From assembly GCA_032161105.1 (NCBI GenBank), contig JAVHTD010000005.1: a stretch of DNA of 64,000 bases. The stretch is one strand, 5' to 3'. The notes below the pieces were generated by a model. The model did no database searches. It saw only the letters and a program-made list of their open reading frames with translations, and was not told where the DNA came from. Position 1 is the stretch's first letter; every line of letters starts with the position of its first letter. The position numbers were made by a program, and so were the translations under genes. Of the stretch, positions 34,062 to 43,956 are shown in pieces. Origin of the DNA: Candidatus Thermosaccharophagus tengchongensis (GTDB taxonomy: Bacteria > Armatimonadota > Fervidibacteria > Fervidibacterales > Thermosaccharophagaceae).

Positions 34062-35468
34062 ATGGAGGTTGGGTTTGCATGCGCTGACATAACTCCGCCG
34101 CTCGGCTCAGTTATACCCGGCGGTTTCCATCCGAGATTTGCGACAGGCGTTCACGACCCATTGCTTGCCACTGCCGCTGTCTTCAGTGAGGGCGATGTCA
34201 AACTCGCCATCGTATCCGTAGATGCGCTCTCAATCAAGTCGTCAATTGTAGCCATGGCAAGGAGCATAGCCGAAGAGCGCATTGGCATACCAAAGTCGCA
34301 CATTTTGGTCGCAGCTACGCACACCCACAATGGTGGTCCAATTGCCGACGCGTTTTTGTGCGAAGCTGACAAGGACTACTGTGACAGCGTCGCTAAAGCC
34401 ATTGCGCAAGCCATCATTGAGGCTCATGAACATAGGCGTCATGCGCTAATTGCATGCGGCTTTGGATATGAGGATACGGTCGCTTTCAATCGCAGGTGCG
34501 TGATGAAGGATGGCACTCAGAGGACTCACCCGGGCAAGTTAGCAAAGGATGCTGTTGCCATAGCCGGTCCGATAGACCCCCGCCTCGGGGTCATTGCAGC
34601 AGTTGCCGATGATGGTGCATTCCTTGGCTGCATCGTCAATTACGCGTGTCATGCGACGGTGATGTGGGGAAGCGAATTCTCGGCTGACTACATCCACTAT
34701 GTCCGAGAGACGATAAGGGCAGTCATGGGAGAGCAAGCGCATGTGGTTTACCTAAACGGCGCATGCGGTGATGTGACGCAGGTCGCTCAGTTGATACCGC
34801 GTGAGCCCGAAGTTGGTGAGAAGTGGGCGAGGAGAGTAGGTGGTAAGATCGGCGCTGAAGCGCTCAAGGTCATCTTCGGGATGGACTTTGATGCTTACTC
34901 AACCGAGGTGCTCCCGCTCGCGGCATCGTCAAAGGTCCTAAGTTTGCCAACACGCAAGGTGCCACTGCAGATGCTTGAACAGGCAAAGCGATTGCTGGAA
35001 AGCAGCGACTCTTGGGACACTGAGCGAATTTATGCCCGTGAGCTTGTCCTGCTTGATGAAGCCAACAAGCGTGAGCCGATGGTTAATGCCGAAATCATGG
35101 CAATGCTGATAGCCGATACAGCCATCGTTTCATTCCCATGCGAATACTTCTGCCAGTTCGGGCTTGATGTGAGGAGGGCTTCACCGTATCCGAGCACTTT
35201 TATCGTTTCATGTGCCAATGGCATGGTTGGTTATGTCCCAACCGAAGAGGCATTTCGGACCGGTGGGTATGAACCGAGGCTGGCAAGGAGCAGCAAACTT
35301 ATGCCAGACGCAGGCGCGCTAATGCGCGAGGCTGCAATTGAACTATTGCGGGCTTTGCCCAAGCCGGCATTAAGGAGGGCGACAAAATTGCCAAACACAA
35401 GTTATTGGGATGCCGGCAGTTCACCGCCATCTTGTAGCGGCTTGGAGGTCAACCACGCTGGTGGTTAA
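34062..35468 (+). CDS. Neutral/alkaline ceramidase-like hydrolase
   Basis: DITPP, HDPL, ATHTHNGG, NYACHAT, NGACGD, GYVPT..AF..GGYE; GAGGTGA SD before ATG 34062. Confidence 0.75.
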   Translation: MEVGFACADITPPLGSVIPGGFHPRFATGVHDPLLATAAVFSEGDVKLAIVSVDALSIKSSIVAMARSIAEERIGIPKSHILVAATHTHNGGPIADAFLCEADKDYCDSVAKAIAQAIIEAHEHRRHALIACGFGYEDTVAFNRRCVMKDGTQRTHPGKLAKDAVAIAGPIDPRLGVIAAVADDGAFLGCIVNYACHATVMWGSEFSADYIHYVRETIRAVMGEQAHVVYLNGACGDVTQVAQLIPREPEVGEKWARRVGGKIGAEALKVIFGMDFDAYSTEVLPLAASSKVLSLPTRKVPLQMLEQAKRLLESSDSWDTERIYARELVLLDEANKREPMVNAEIMAMLIADTAIVSFPCEYFCQFGLDVRRASPYPSTFIVSCANGMVGYVPTEEAFRTGGYEPRLARSSKLMPDAGALMREAAIELLRALPKPALRRATKLPNTSYWDAGSSPPSCSGLEVNHAGG

Positions 35469-35553
35469 ATGCCACAGCATCAAACTCGGTCGGCAATCCA
35501 TAATGCCAACCTTCGGCACACCCCTGCGGAGCTAAATGAGGGGGGATTCTTCA

Positions 35554-36360
35554 ATGCCGCATTTGCTCGCAATTGATGTCGGAAACACGAACATCGTCTT
35601 CGGCTTGTTCAATCTGGACGAGCATGATGACTCAAGGGAGGGGCTTAAGCGAAGCCTTGTTTGCTCGTGGAGAATACACACCATCACATCAAGGACGCCA
35701 GAGGAGCATTTCTCGTTCCTCACAAATATGCTCAACTGGCAAAGCGTTAGCCCAAACGATGTTATTGCCGTTTGCATCTGCAGTGTAGTTCCACCGCTTA
35801 CCCCAACCCTTGAGGAAATGAGCAGGCGCTTCTTCAATGTTGCAGCGCTTGTCGTTGGCGCCGAGATGGACATGGGTGTGCGCATACTCTATGATGACCC
35901 GAAGGCTGTTGGCGCAGATAGGCTTGTTAACGCTATCGCTGCATATGAGCTTTACGGAGGACCCTGCATCGTCGTTGACTTCGGGACTGCTACGACATTT
36001 GACGCGATAACCGCAGATGGCGCATACCTTGGTGGCGCAATTGCCCCCGGAATTACCATCTCCGCAGAGGCGCTATTTGAGCGCACTGCAAAGCTTCCGA
36101 GGATTCAACTTGAAGTCCCAAGCAGAGCTATAGGGCGTTCAACTGTGGCAAGCATGCAGTCTGGCATCATATTCGGTTATGTGGGGCTCGTCAAGGAGTT
36201 GGTGGCGAGGTTTAAGGAGGAACTCGGCGAAGCGAAAGTTGTGGCAACCGGTGGTCTGGCAAGGATGATAGCGCCATTGGTTGATGTGATTGACGATGTT
36301 GAGGAGGACCTAACCCTCCTCGGATTGCGCATAGCGTTTAAGCGCCTGAGAAAAATCTGA
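35554..36360 (+). CDS. coaX: Type III pantothenate kinase
   Basis: IDVGNTN, GADR, VDFGTATTFD, GGAIAPG, ATGG. Confidence 0.95.
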   Translation: MPHLLAIDVGNTNIVFGLFNLDEHDDSREGLKRSLVCSWRIHTITSRTPEEHFSFLTNMLNWQSVSPNDVIAVCICSVVPPLTPTLEEMSRRFFNVAALVVGAEMDMGVRILYDDPKAVGADRLVNAIAAYELYGGPCIVVDFGTATTFDAITADGAYLGGAIAPGITISAEALFERTAKLPRIQLEVPSRAIGRSTVASMQSGIIFGYVGLVKELVARFKEELGEAKVVATGGLARMIAPLVDVIDDVEEDLTLLGLRIAFKRLRKI

Positions 36361-36508
36361 CAGGGCTAAATTGAGTCATTGGCTTATTGCAAGCTCTTGG
36401 CATCAACCGGGGTTGCGCATTTTGCGTCCTTTTGTGGGAGTGACCACAGTCCCACCAATGGGCATTCCCGTTCAAAAACGCAACTCCTCGCATGTGCGGC
36501 ACTATATG

Positions 36509-39340
36509 TCATTTCGTCAAGGAGAGCTCATCAATTGTGAATGAGCAGCCGAGGTGGTTGCCGAGCAGACCGGCGAGAAGATACTCATCCGTCGTGAGGT
36601 TTCCTATGAGCACCTCGTTCAAGATGGCGTTCTGCGGTTTCATCCCGAGTGCTTCGCACAGGGAGCGCAAATCAACCTTGACATTGACGATGCCGTTTGC
36701 ACCTCTGTTGACTTGCACGCCTGCTGTTTGTCCGGCGGTGACGATCTCATTGGGGTGTGGAAGCACTTGGCTCAACGGTATCATCACAGTGCGCCCGTTG
36801 ATGCGAAGGTAAAGGTTAACAAGCGTTCCTTCGCCCATGCGCATGCTGAGCTCCAGCATTGGCGATTGCATCACATAGACATCGTTGACTGGCGCTCTGA
36901 CCATCATTCTTCCTCCGGACATGCAGTTTACGACCTCAACTTTACCATTCGGTGTCAGGCGGACTGCAGGCTGGCTCTCATCGTTGTGAATTGCTCTCCA
37001 ACCGTTAGCTGAGGCGATTTCGCTCGGTGATTCCTGTGGCAAGTTGGATGGTGGCATCGGTGCTGTTTCAAGCGACTTTATCCTCTCATACCAAATGCGG
37101 GTCCTCGCCACAAGCACACCGTTGTCAACCGTCCATATCGCAACCCTGCCCGAATTTATCGGTTGTGGATCACTCCAGTGCACTACAGGTTGCCTGTCAA
37201 CATAGCATGTGATGTTGTTACCGAGTTTCAAAATGCGTATATAAAACCAGTGCCTGTGGAAGCCAGCAAAATTGAGCGTCGTAGCTTTCCTGAAAGCCAC
37301 ATCGGGGTTATATGCCACCCTTTCCCCTTTCCGCAAAAGCCCCGAGCCAGCGTTACCCCACCCAGCCAGCAGGAATGAATAGCCGCTGCCCACATTCCAA
37401 CCATCGGCGCAAAATGAGACATTGATATCGCGGGGGTTCGGATACGGGTTGCCGCGCTCACGCATCTTGATTGCCGCAAATACCTCAATGACCATATTCC
37501 CCTCAAAGCTCGCCTTGCTCCAAAGCGTTGGGAAACGGTGCTGTGTCCCGCCAAACCACGCCCAGCCCGGAGAACATGGCCATCTTGCCGTCACTTGCCA
37601 GACGCCCCTTGTGGAGCGCCAGCGAGTCGGAGCTATTGAGAATGTGTCGTCAATGAGATTGGAGCACACAAGGTTACATCTTGCCCAGTCCGGTTCATAG
37701 CCATCCCTTCTATAGCTGATAAACTGGGCAAGTTTGATAGCGGGGTGCTCAGCAGTTGCGATCACCCTGCTGCCAAGCATTATGACCAATCTGTTTGCCA
37801 TACGCTTAATGCGCACTGGCTCCTCGCTGACGCTATCTGGGTTTAGCCTCGCACTCGTCAATGCTAACGAGCCATAGCTTACTGTCACAAGGATATCGTT
37901 CGTTCCACCGACCCTTAGTGGTGCATTGATGCCGAATGGGATTGGCGATGGCAACCCAATGTGGAAGTTTGCTATTTGACGCGGTGATTCAACACGCCTG
38001 GTGACTTGCAAGGTTATGGGACGAGCGCCGGTCGCTTGCGGTGGGCAAAGGTGAAATGAGAAGCTACCCCTATTTCGCCCGCCGTTAGTCAACCAAAGCG
38101 TCAGTTCAAAGTCGCCAAAGAATATCCCCGGATGCCACCATAGGTTTGGGTCTTGAGGGTCACGCATGAGCGAGCCAGACAAAGTTGCCCACTCAGCCAT
38201 CGTGTCCTCATATGTGTATTGCTCGGTTATCTTCGTGTGCATGGCAGCAGATATAAGCTGCTGCAACGGAGCCACAATGACATCGTCAAAATAGGCTCTC
38301 CCATCGCCAGTCGCATACAGCCCAACTTGCCCCATGGGGAAGCCATTCAGGGTTGCACGAACGACTTCAATTCCATCCACCCAACCCCTCACGGTCGCAT
38401 TGTCGGCGCTAATGCGCAGCTCATACCATTGGTCGTCTTCAAGCGGCAATGCCTGTTCGGCAAGCACAACTTCTTTACCGCTCCTCACACGCACAAGCCT
38501 GACAGAGCCTTTCGGGAAATAGCGCCAGTTGCCTTTCGGCTCCAGAGTGAGCATCCAGAAATCATCCAATCCCTTTGCGTAAGCTATTAATCCAGCGGTT
38601 GCGCGCCCTTGAACTTTAACCGATGCCTGCGCTGCGTAGCTGTGCCAGAACCAATATCCCGTTAATGCGAATGCTTTCGGCTGTTGCGGCGTTACAGTTG
38701 CGCGGAGCGCAAATGGGTTGGCGCTCAAATTGGGGTTTGGCTGCGGGCTGTCAACGCCCTGCAATGACCACTGACCAGTCTTATCCCATGATGTGAGGTT
38801 ATCATCGCCTTGAGTGAAATCGTCCGTGAAGAAGACCTGTTCCGTGGGTTGATATCGCAACTCCTCAACTGAGAGGTGGGGACACCCAAGGGCGTATTTC
38901 AAAGCCCCACCAGACGGTATGTTGATATCTGCCCTGAGCAGCACCTCGTCATTTGAGAGCAACCTGATGCCCTCTGGAGAGCGTATGAGGAGCAGCTTCC
39001 ATCCGTTGCCATTCTGCAGCCCTTTACCGCGAGAGATCTCCCTTTTTTGTCCACGCCCATACCATGCAAGCTGTGTATCATTGCGCCCAACATGGATCAT
39101 GTAAAACTCCTGTTGGTTACCCGATATGCTGAAAGTGCACAGCGTTGTGTGCACGCAGCTGGCATCAATTTGGCGCAGTGTCATAGCGAGGCAGAATGAT
39201 GGGTCACTCGTCTGCTCAATCATCTCAAACTTGAGCTGCGCTTTCGCCACACCAATAGGCACGGATGACACGGATAAAAATAGGCACATGACAAGCCACA
39301 AGCAACCCACACATATGGCAAACGAATCTCGCTCGTTCAT
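36509..39340 (-). CDS. Secreted protein with LamG/DUF1080-like beta-sandwich domains
   Basis: Signal peptide; FTDDF...W; WYELRI...WVDG; GQVGL; a second similar unit (SGRVAIW). Confidence 0.55.
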   Translation of the reverse strand: MNERDSFAICVGCLWLVMCLFLSVSSVPIGVAKAQLKFEMIEQTSDPSFCLAMTLRQIDASCVHTTLCTFSISGNQQEFYMIHVGRNDTQLAWYGRGQKREISRGKGLQNGNGWKLLLIRSPEGIRLLSNDEVLLRADINIPSGGALKYALGCPHLSVEELRYQPTEQVFFTDDFTQGDDNLTSWDKTGQWSLQGVDSPQPNPNLSANPFALRATVTPQQPKAFALTGYWFWHSYAAQASVKVQGRATAGLIAYAKGLDDFWMLTLEPKGNWRYFPKGSVRLVRVRSGKEVVLAEQALPLEDDQWYELRISADNATVRGWVDGIEVVRATLNGFPMGQVGLYATGDGRAYFDDVIVAPLQQLISAAMHTKITEQYTYEDTMAEWATLSGSLMRDPQDPNLWWHPGIFFGDFELTLWLTNGGRNRGSFSFHLCPPQATGARPITLQVTRRVESPRQIANFHIGLPSPIPFGINAPLRVGGTNDILVTVSYGSLALTSARLNPDSVSEEPVRIKRMANRLVIMLGSRVIATAEHPAIKLAQFISYRRDGYEPDWARCNLVCSNLIDDTFSIAPTRWRSTRGVWQVTARWPCSPGWAWFGGTQHRFPTLWSKASFEGNMVIEVFAAIKMRERGNPYPNPRDINVSFCADGWNVGSGYSFLLAGWGNAGSGLLRKGERVAYNPDVAFRKATTLNFAGFHRHWFYIRILKLGNNITCYVDRQPVVHWSDPQPINSGRVAIWTVDNGVLVARTRIWYERIKSLETAPMPPSNLPQESPSEIASANGWRAIHNDESQPAVRLTPNGKVEVVNCMSGGRMMVRAPVNDVYVMQSPMLELSMRMGEGTLVNLYLRINGRTVMIPLSQVLPHPNEIVTAGQTAGVQVNRGANGIVNVKVDLRSLCEALGMKPQNAILNEVLIGNLTTDEYLLAGLLGNHLGCSFTIDELSLTK

Positions 39341-39595
39341 TTCCCAGCTACCTCCGAGCGACTTCTCGCTTCATTGCCGAGTATACCACACCCTCAATGC
39401 CACTGCAATCACACTTTTAGACACGCAGCCGTTTCAATCGGTGGCGTTGTTTGGCTTTGCGGCGTTACAAATTTTGGTGGCGGGCACAGCAATGCATTGT
39501 GGCTCGTATAAGCTCTACAGCTCATCAGTTCACTCGCGCATTGCTTTCGTGCCCGCCATAGGGGGTCTCTTACAGGTGTCTTTTTCAAGCCGCTG

Positions 39596-40480
39596 TTAAG
39601 CCAACCGCCCCATGCGTGCCGCTATCTCCCTAAGCCTCGCTATGCGCTCAGGGATAGGTGGGTGAGTGCTGAACAGTTTCCAGATGACATCGCCATATGC
39701 CGGATGGACTATGAACATGTGAGCTGTGCTCGGGTTAGCATCAACCATTGGCAACTGGCGCACCGCAGCATCAAGCTTTGCTAAAGCGCTCGCCAATGAG
39801 AGCGGCTTCCCACTCATGTATGCTGCGCCTTCGTCAGCCATATATTCGCGGGAGCGTGATATGGCGAGTTGAATGATCAACGCTGCAAGCGGCGCGAGAA
39901 TGATGAGCAGCACAAGGGCAATTAACTGGAGGACATTGCCATTGCGCTCCCTATCCCTGCCGAACGCCCCGAACCACAGCGCCCATTGTGCCATCCTTGC
40001 CAAGACCATGATTGCGCCGGCTATCGTCGCTGCGATGGCGGAGACAAGCGTATCCCTGTTGCGCACATGGGTCAACTCGTGAGCGAGCACTCCCTCAATT
40101 TCGTCCTCATTGAGCAATCTGAGCAACCCCTCAGTCACAGCAACAGCTGCGTGATGTGGATCTCTTCCTGTGGCGAAGGCATTCGGCTGCATCACTGGGA
40201 TTATGTAAAGGCGCGGCATTGGCAAGTTGGCTTTGGCAGTGAGTCGCCGCACGATGGCATGCAAGTGCGGATAACTTGTTGGGTCTGCTTCCCTTGCACG
40301 ATACATTGCAAGCACGATCTTATCGGAGAACCACCATGCACCGAAGTTCATCAGAGCCGCTATTATCAGCGCAAACAGCATCCCGTTTTTGCCGCCAATT
40401 AAGTCACCAATCAGGATGAGCAGCCCTGTTAGTGCACCAAGCAGAAGCACTGTCTTGATCTGATTGCCCATCATCTTCAC
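39596..40480 (-). CDS. htpX: Zinc metalloprotease HtpX
   Basis: PNAFATGR, AHELTHV, ISRSREYMAD, FSTHPP. Confidence 0.95.
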   Translation of the reverse strand: MKMMGNQIKTVLLLGALTGLLILIGDLIGGKNGMLFALIIAALMNFGAWWFSDKIVLAMYRAREADPTSYPHLHAIVRRLTAKANLPMPRLYIIPVMQPNAFATGRDPHHAAVAVTEGLLRLLNEDEIEGVLAHELTHVRNRDTLVSAIAATIAGAIMVLARMAQWALWFGAFGRDRERNGNVLQLIALVLLIILAPLAALIIQLAISRSREYMADEGAAYMSGKPLSLASALAKLDAAVRQLPMVDANPSTAHMFIVHPAYGDVIWKLFSTHPPIPERIARLREIAARMGRLA

Positions 40481-40734
40481 CCCGTTGGGCGAGCATTTTC
40501 AGCACTGTTGAAATGCAGCCACAAAGCATTATAGCGCGAGGCGGTCTCACATTTTGAAGCCCTTGTGAGAACTCCTTTGGAAGCGTCTGGCGCTAACAAT
40601 GCCGAGTGGATCATTTGCATTAGCTTCACCGCGAGTGCGTCATCCTAAACTTTGCAAGCAATCGTTGGTGGACTGCGAATCGCCGAATGGGGAGCTCGGC
40701 ACATAGCTTTTGCGCAAAACGGTTGAAGAGGGGA

Positions 40735-42663
40735 GTGGTTGCCATCGGGAAGAGCGTTGCGAGAAAAATCATTGACGAGCACATAGTTGAAGGCGAGCCA
40801 ATCCCGGGACGCGAGATTGCCGTGCGGATTGACCAGACTTTGATGCAGGATGCGACGGGGACGATGGCATGCCTTGAACTTGAGGCAATGGGTATTGAGC
40901 ATGTGCGCACAAAGCTGTCAGTTTGCTATGTTGACCATAACATGCTGCAACTCGGCTTTGAGAATGCCGATGACCATCGCTTCCTTAGGACATTCGCAGC
41001 CAAGCACGGCATATATTTCTCTCGCCCCGGAAATGGCATTTGTCATCAAGTGCACCTTGAGAGGTTTGCCATCCCCGGCGAATCGCTCCTTGGCTCCGAC
41101 AGCCATACCCCGACTTGTGGTGGAATCGGCATGTTAGCCATTGGCGCCGGTGGGCTTGATGTTGCACTCGCTATGGCTGGTGAGCCATTCCGAATGACCA
41201 TGCCAAAAGTTGTGCTCGTCAAGTTGACCGGCAAACTGCCAGATTGGGTTTCGGCGAAGGATGTGGCGCTTGAGCTCCTGCGCAGGCTTACGGTAAAGGG
41301 CGGCATCGGAAAGCTGTTTGAATACGGCGGTGACGGTGTGTTGGGGTTGTCCGTCCCAGAGAGAGCCACGATAGCCAACATGGGGACTGAACTTGGGGCA
41401 ACGACGAGCATTTTCCCGAGTGATGAGCAGGCGCTCGCATTCCTGCGAGCGCAGGGAAGGGAGGGCGATTGGAGACACATAGTGGCTGATGCGGATGCCG
41501 ACTACGATGGGCTGATTGAGCTTGACCTAAGTTCACTTGAGCCATTGGTCGCATGCCCGTCAAGCCCAGATAATGTCAAGCCAGTGAATGAACTTGAAGG
41601 GACACCAGTTGACCAAGTCTGCATCGGCAGCTGCACTAACTCATCCTATCGTGATCTGATGGTGGTTGCCGAAATATTGCGCGGCAAGCGAGTTCACCCA
41701 AGGGTGAGCGTTACGCTTTCTCCGGGCTCAAGGCAAGTTCTGCTCATGCTCGTGCGCAATGGCGCGCTTGCCGAACTGCTTTCAGCTGGCGTTAGGGTGC
41801 TTGAATGCGCTTGTGGTCCGTGTGTCGGTATGGGGCAAGCGCCACCGAGCGGCGGTGTTTCACTTCGCACATTCAATCGCAACTTCAAGGGCAGGAGTGG
41901 GACGAAGGATGACATGGTTTATCTTTGCAGCCCTGAGGTGGCGGCAGTCGCCGCAATCACTGGCGAGATAACCGACCCGAGGAAATTTGGCGACCCGCCG
42001 AGGATAGCCCTGCCAGAGCAATTTGCAATTGACGACTCGCTCATCATCCCGCCGGCTGATGATCCAAGCGAGGTTGAGGTGATTTTCGGACCGAACATAA
42101 AACCGCTTCCAGAGTTTGACCGGCTGCCGCAAACGCTCGCCGGCACTGTGCTGATCAAGTTGAGGGACAACATCACGACCGATGACATACTCCCCAGCGG
42201 CGCGAAGGTTATGGCGCTGCGCTCCAACTTGCCGGCAATATCCGAGTTTGTGTTTGAGCGCCTTGACCCGGCATTTGTTGAGCGTGCAAAGCTTCGTGGG
42301 GGTGGCTTCATTGTCGGTGGCGAAAATTATGGGCAGGGTTCAAGCAGGGAGCATGCGGCGCTTGCGCCACGCTATTTGGGCGTGCGCGCAGTCATAGCCA
42401 AATCTTTTGCCAGAATACATCACGCCAACTTGGTCAACTTCGGCATATTGCCGCTCACATTCTCAAGAGACGAGGATTATGACCTCATCTCCTGCGGCGA
42501 CGAGCTTGAGATGCCAGATGTCATTGGGCGTCTCAGGGAGGGGCAGCCTATACTCGTGCGCAACCTGAGCAACGGGAGCGAGTTCATGGCTGAGTATTCG
42601 CTCACGAGGCGTCAGGTTGAGATCGTCATTGCCGGCGGCGTGCTTAACATTGCCCGAAGGTGA
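40735..42663 (+). CDS. Aconitate hydratase (single-chain AcnA/homoaconitase-like)
   Basis: QDATG, GNGICHQ, GSDSHT, IGSCTNSS, CGPCVG, RTFNRNF, NYGQGSSREHAA; start uncertain (40687, 40735 or 40744). Confidence 0.9.
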   Translation: MVAIGKSVARKIIDEHIVEGEPIPGREIAVRIDQTLMQDATGTMACLELEAMGIEHVRTKLSVCYVDHNMLQLGFENADDHRFLRTFAAKHGIYFSRPGNGICHQVHLERFAIPGESLLGSDSHTPTCGGIGMLAIGAGGLDVALAMAGEPFRMTMPKVVLVKLTGKLPDWVSAKDVALELLRRLTVKGGIGKLFEYGGDGVLGLSVPERATIANMGTELGATTSIFPSDEQALAFLRAQGREGDWRHIVADADADYDGLIELDLSSLEPLVACPSSPDNVKPVNELEGTPVDQVCIGSCTNSSYRDLMVVAEILRGKRVHPRVSVTLSPGSRQVLLMLVRNGALAELLSAGVRVLECACGPCVGMGQAPPSGGVSLRTFNRNFKGRSGTKDDMVYLCSPEVAAVAAITGEITDPRKFGDPPRIALPEQFAIDDSLIIPPADDPSEVEVIFGPNIKPLPEFDRLPQTLAGTVLIKLRDNITTDDILPSGAKVMALRSNLPAISEFVFERLDPAFVERAKLRGGGFIVGGENYGQGSSREHAALAPRYLGVRAVIAKSFARIHHANLVNFGILPLTFSRDEDYDLISCGDELEMPDVIGRLREGQPILVRNLSNGSEFMAEYSLTRRQVEIVIAGGVLNIARR

Positions 42664-42678
42664 AGGTTCATCCTGTGA

Positions 42679-43950
42679 GTGGTGATGGCGATGAGGCTCT
42701 CCGATGGTGTTGCCGAGGAGGTGCTGGATAACGGCTTAAAGGTGTTGGTCAAGGAGGACCACACAACTCCGCTCGCAAGCTGCTACATGTGGTATCGCCT
42801 TGGCTCAAGGAATGAACACCCGGGTATAACGGGCATATCGCATTGGGTTGAGCATATGCTCTTCAAGGGGACGCCGAGGTTCCCGAAGGAGCTGCTAACG
42901 CGCTTGATAGAGCGAAAGGGTGGGCGCTGGAATGGGTTCACATCGCATGACTATACCGCTTACTTTGAGGACTTGCCCTCAAGCGACATAGAACTTGCGC
43001 TGCAAATTGAGTCCGATAGAATGACCAACGCCATCTTTGACCCGAAGGAAGTTGAGGCTGAGCGGACGGTCATCATAAGCGAGCGCCAAGGCGCAGAGAA
43101 CCATCCCGAGTTTTTGCTCAGTGAGGCAGTTCATGCTGTGGCATTTATAGCTCATCCATACCGATGGAGCGTCATCGGGTATGAGTCAGACCTGCGCTCA
43201 ATAACTCGTGATGAGCTGTTCTCCTATTATAAGCGCTACTATGCCCCAAACAACGCCGTTCTTGTCGTCGTCGGGGATGTTAAGGTGGATCGCATAATTG
43301 AGCTTGCAAGGAGGCACTTTGGCGAACTGGCGCGCGGCGAGACACCACCGGAGCCGAGAACAAAAGAGCCGGAGCAAAGGGGCGAAAGGCGCGTTACCGT
43401 CAGGAGGGAAGCATACGGCGAGTATGTCTTTATCGCCTATCACACGCCATCCGCTGCGTGCGAGGATATTCCCGCACTGTGCATCCTTGAAGCCATTCTC
43501 AGCATGGGTAAAAGCTCAAGGCTATACCGAAACTTGGTTGAAGGCAACATAGCAGTTTGGGCAGAAGCTCATTTGCACCTCGCGATAGACCCATCGCTGT
43601 TCTGGATGCGCGCTCAGGCGAGGGATGGCATCAATGTTGAGCACCTTGAAAGGGCGCTTCTAACAGAGGTTGAGCGCATCGTTCAAGACGGAGTTACGGC
43701 TCAGGAGCTCCAAAGAGCCTTAAGCCAAGTGGAAGCCTCCTTCATCTACTCTCAGGAAGGCGTCTCAATGAGGGCGATGCAGCTCGGCTTCTTTGAAATC
43801 CTCTCAAGCTACAAATACGCCGATGAGTTGCTTGAGCGCGTGAGGGCTGTGAGTGCCGACGAAGTGCAAGCGGTGGCTCAGCGCTACTTGCACGAGGACA
43901 ATCGCACTGTCGGGCACTTCATACCGACTTCATCTGGAAGGTCATCTTAA
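42679..43950 (+). CDS. M16 family peptidase, active subunit
   Basis: HWVEH (HxxEH) motif, YYAPNNA. Confidence 0.9.
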   Translation: MVMAMRLSDGVAEEVLDNGLKVLVKEDHTTPLASCYMWYRLGSRNEHPGITGISHWVEHMLFKGTPRFPKELLTRLIERKGGRWNGFTSHDYTAYFEDLPSSDIELALQIESDRMTNAIFDPKEVEAERTVIISERQGAENHPEFLLSEAVHAVAFIAHPYRWSVIGYESDLRSITRDELFSYYKRYYAPNNAVLVVVGDVKVDRIIELARRHFGELARGETPPEPRTKEPEQRGERRVTVRREAYGEYVFIAYHTPSAACEDIPALCILEAILSMGKSSRLYRNLVEGNIAVWAEAHLHLAIDPSLFWMRAQARDGINVEHLERALLTEVERIVQDGVTAQELQRALSQVEASFIYSQEGVSMRAMQLGFFEILSSYKYADELLERVRAVSADEVQAVAQRYLHEDNRTVGHFIPTSSGRSS

Positions 43951-43956
43951 GCGAAT

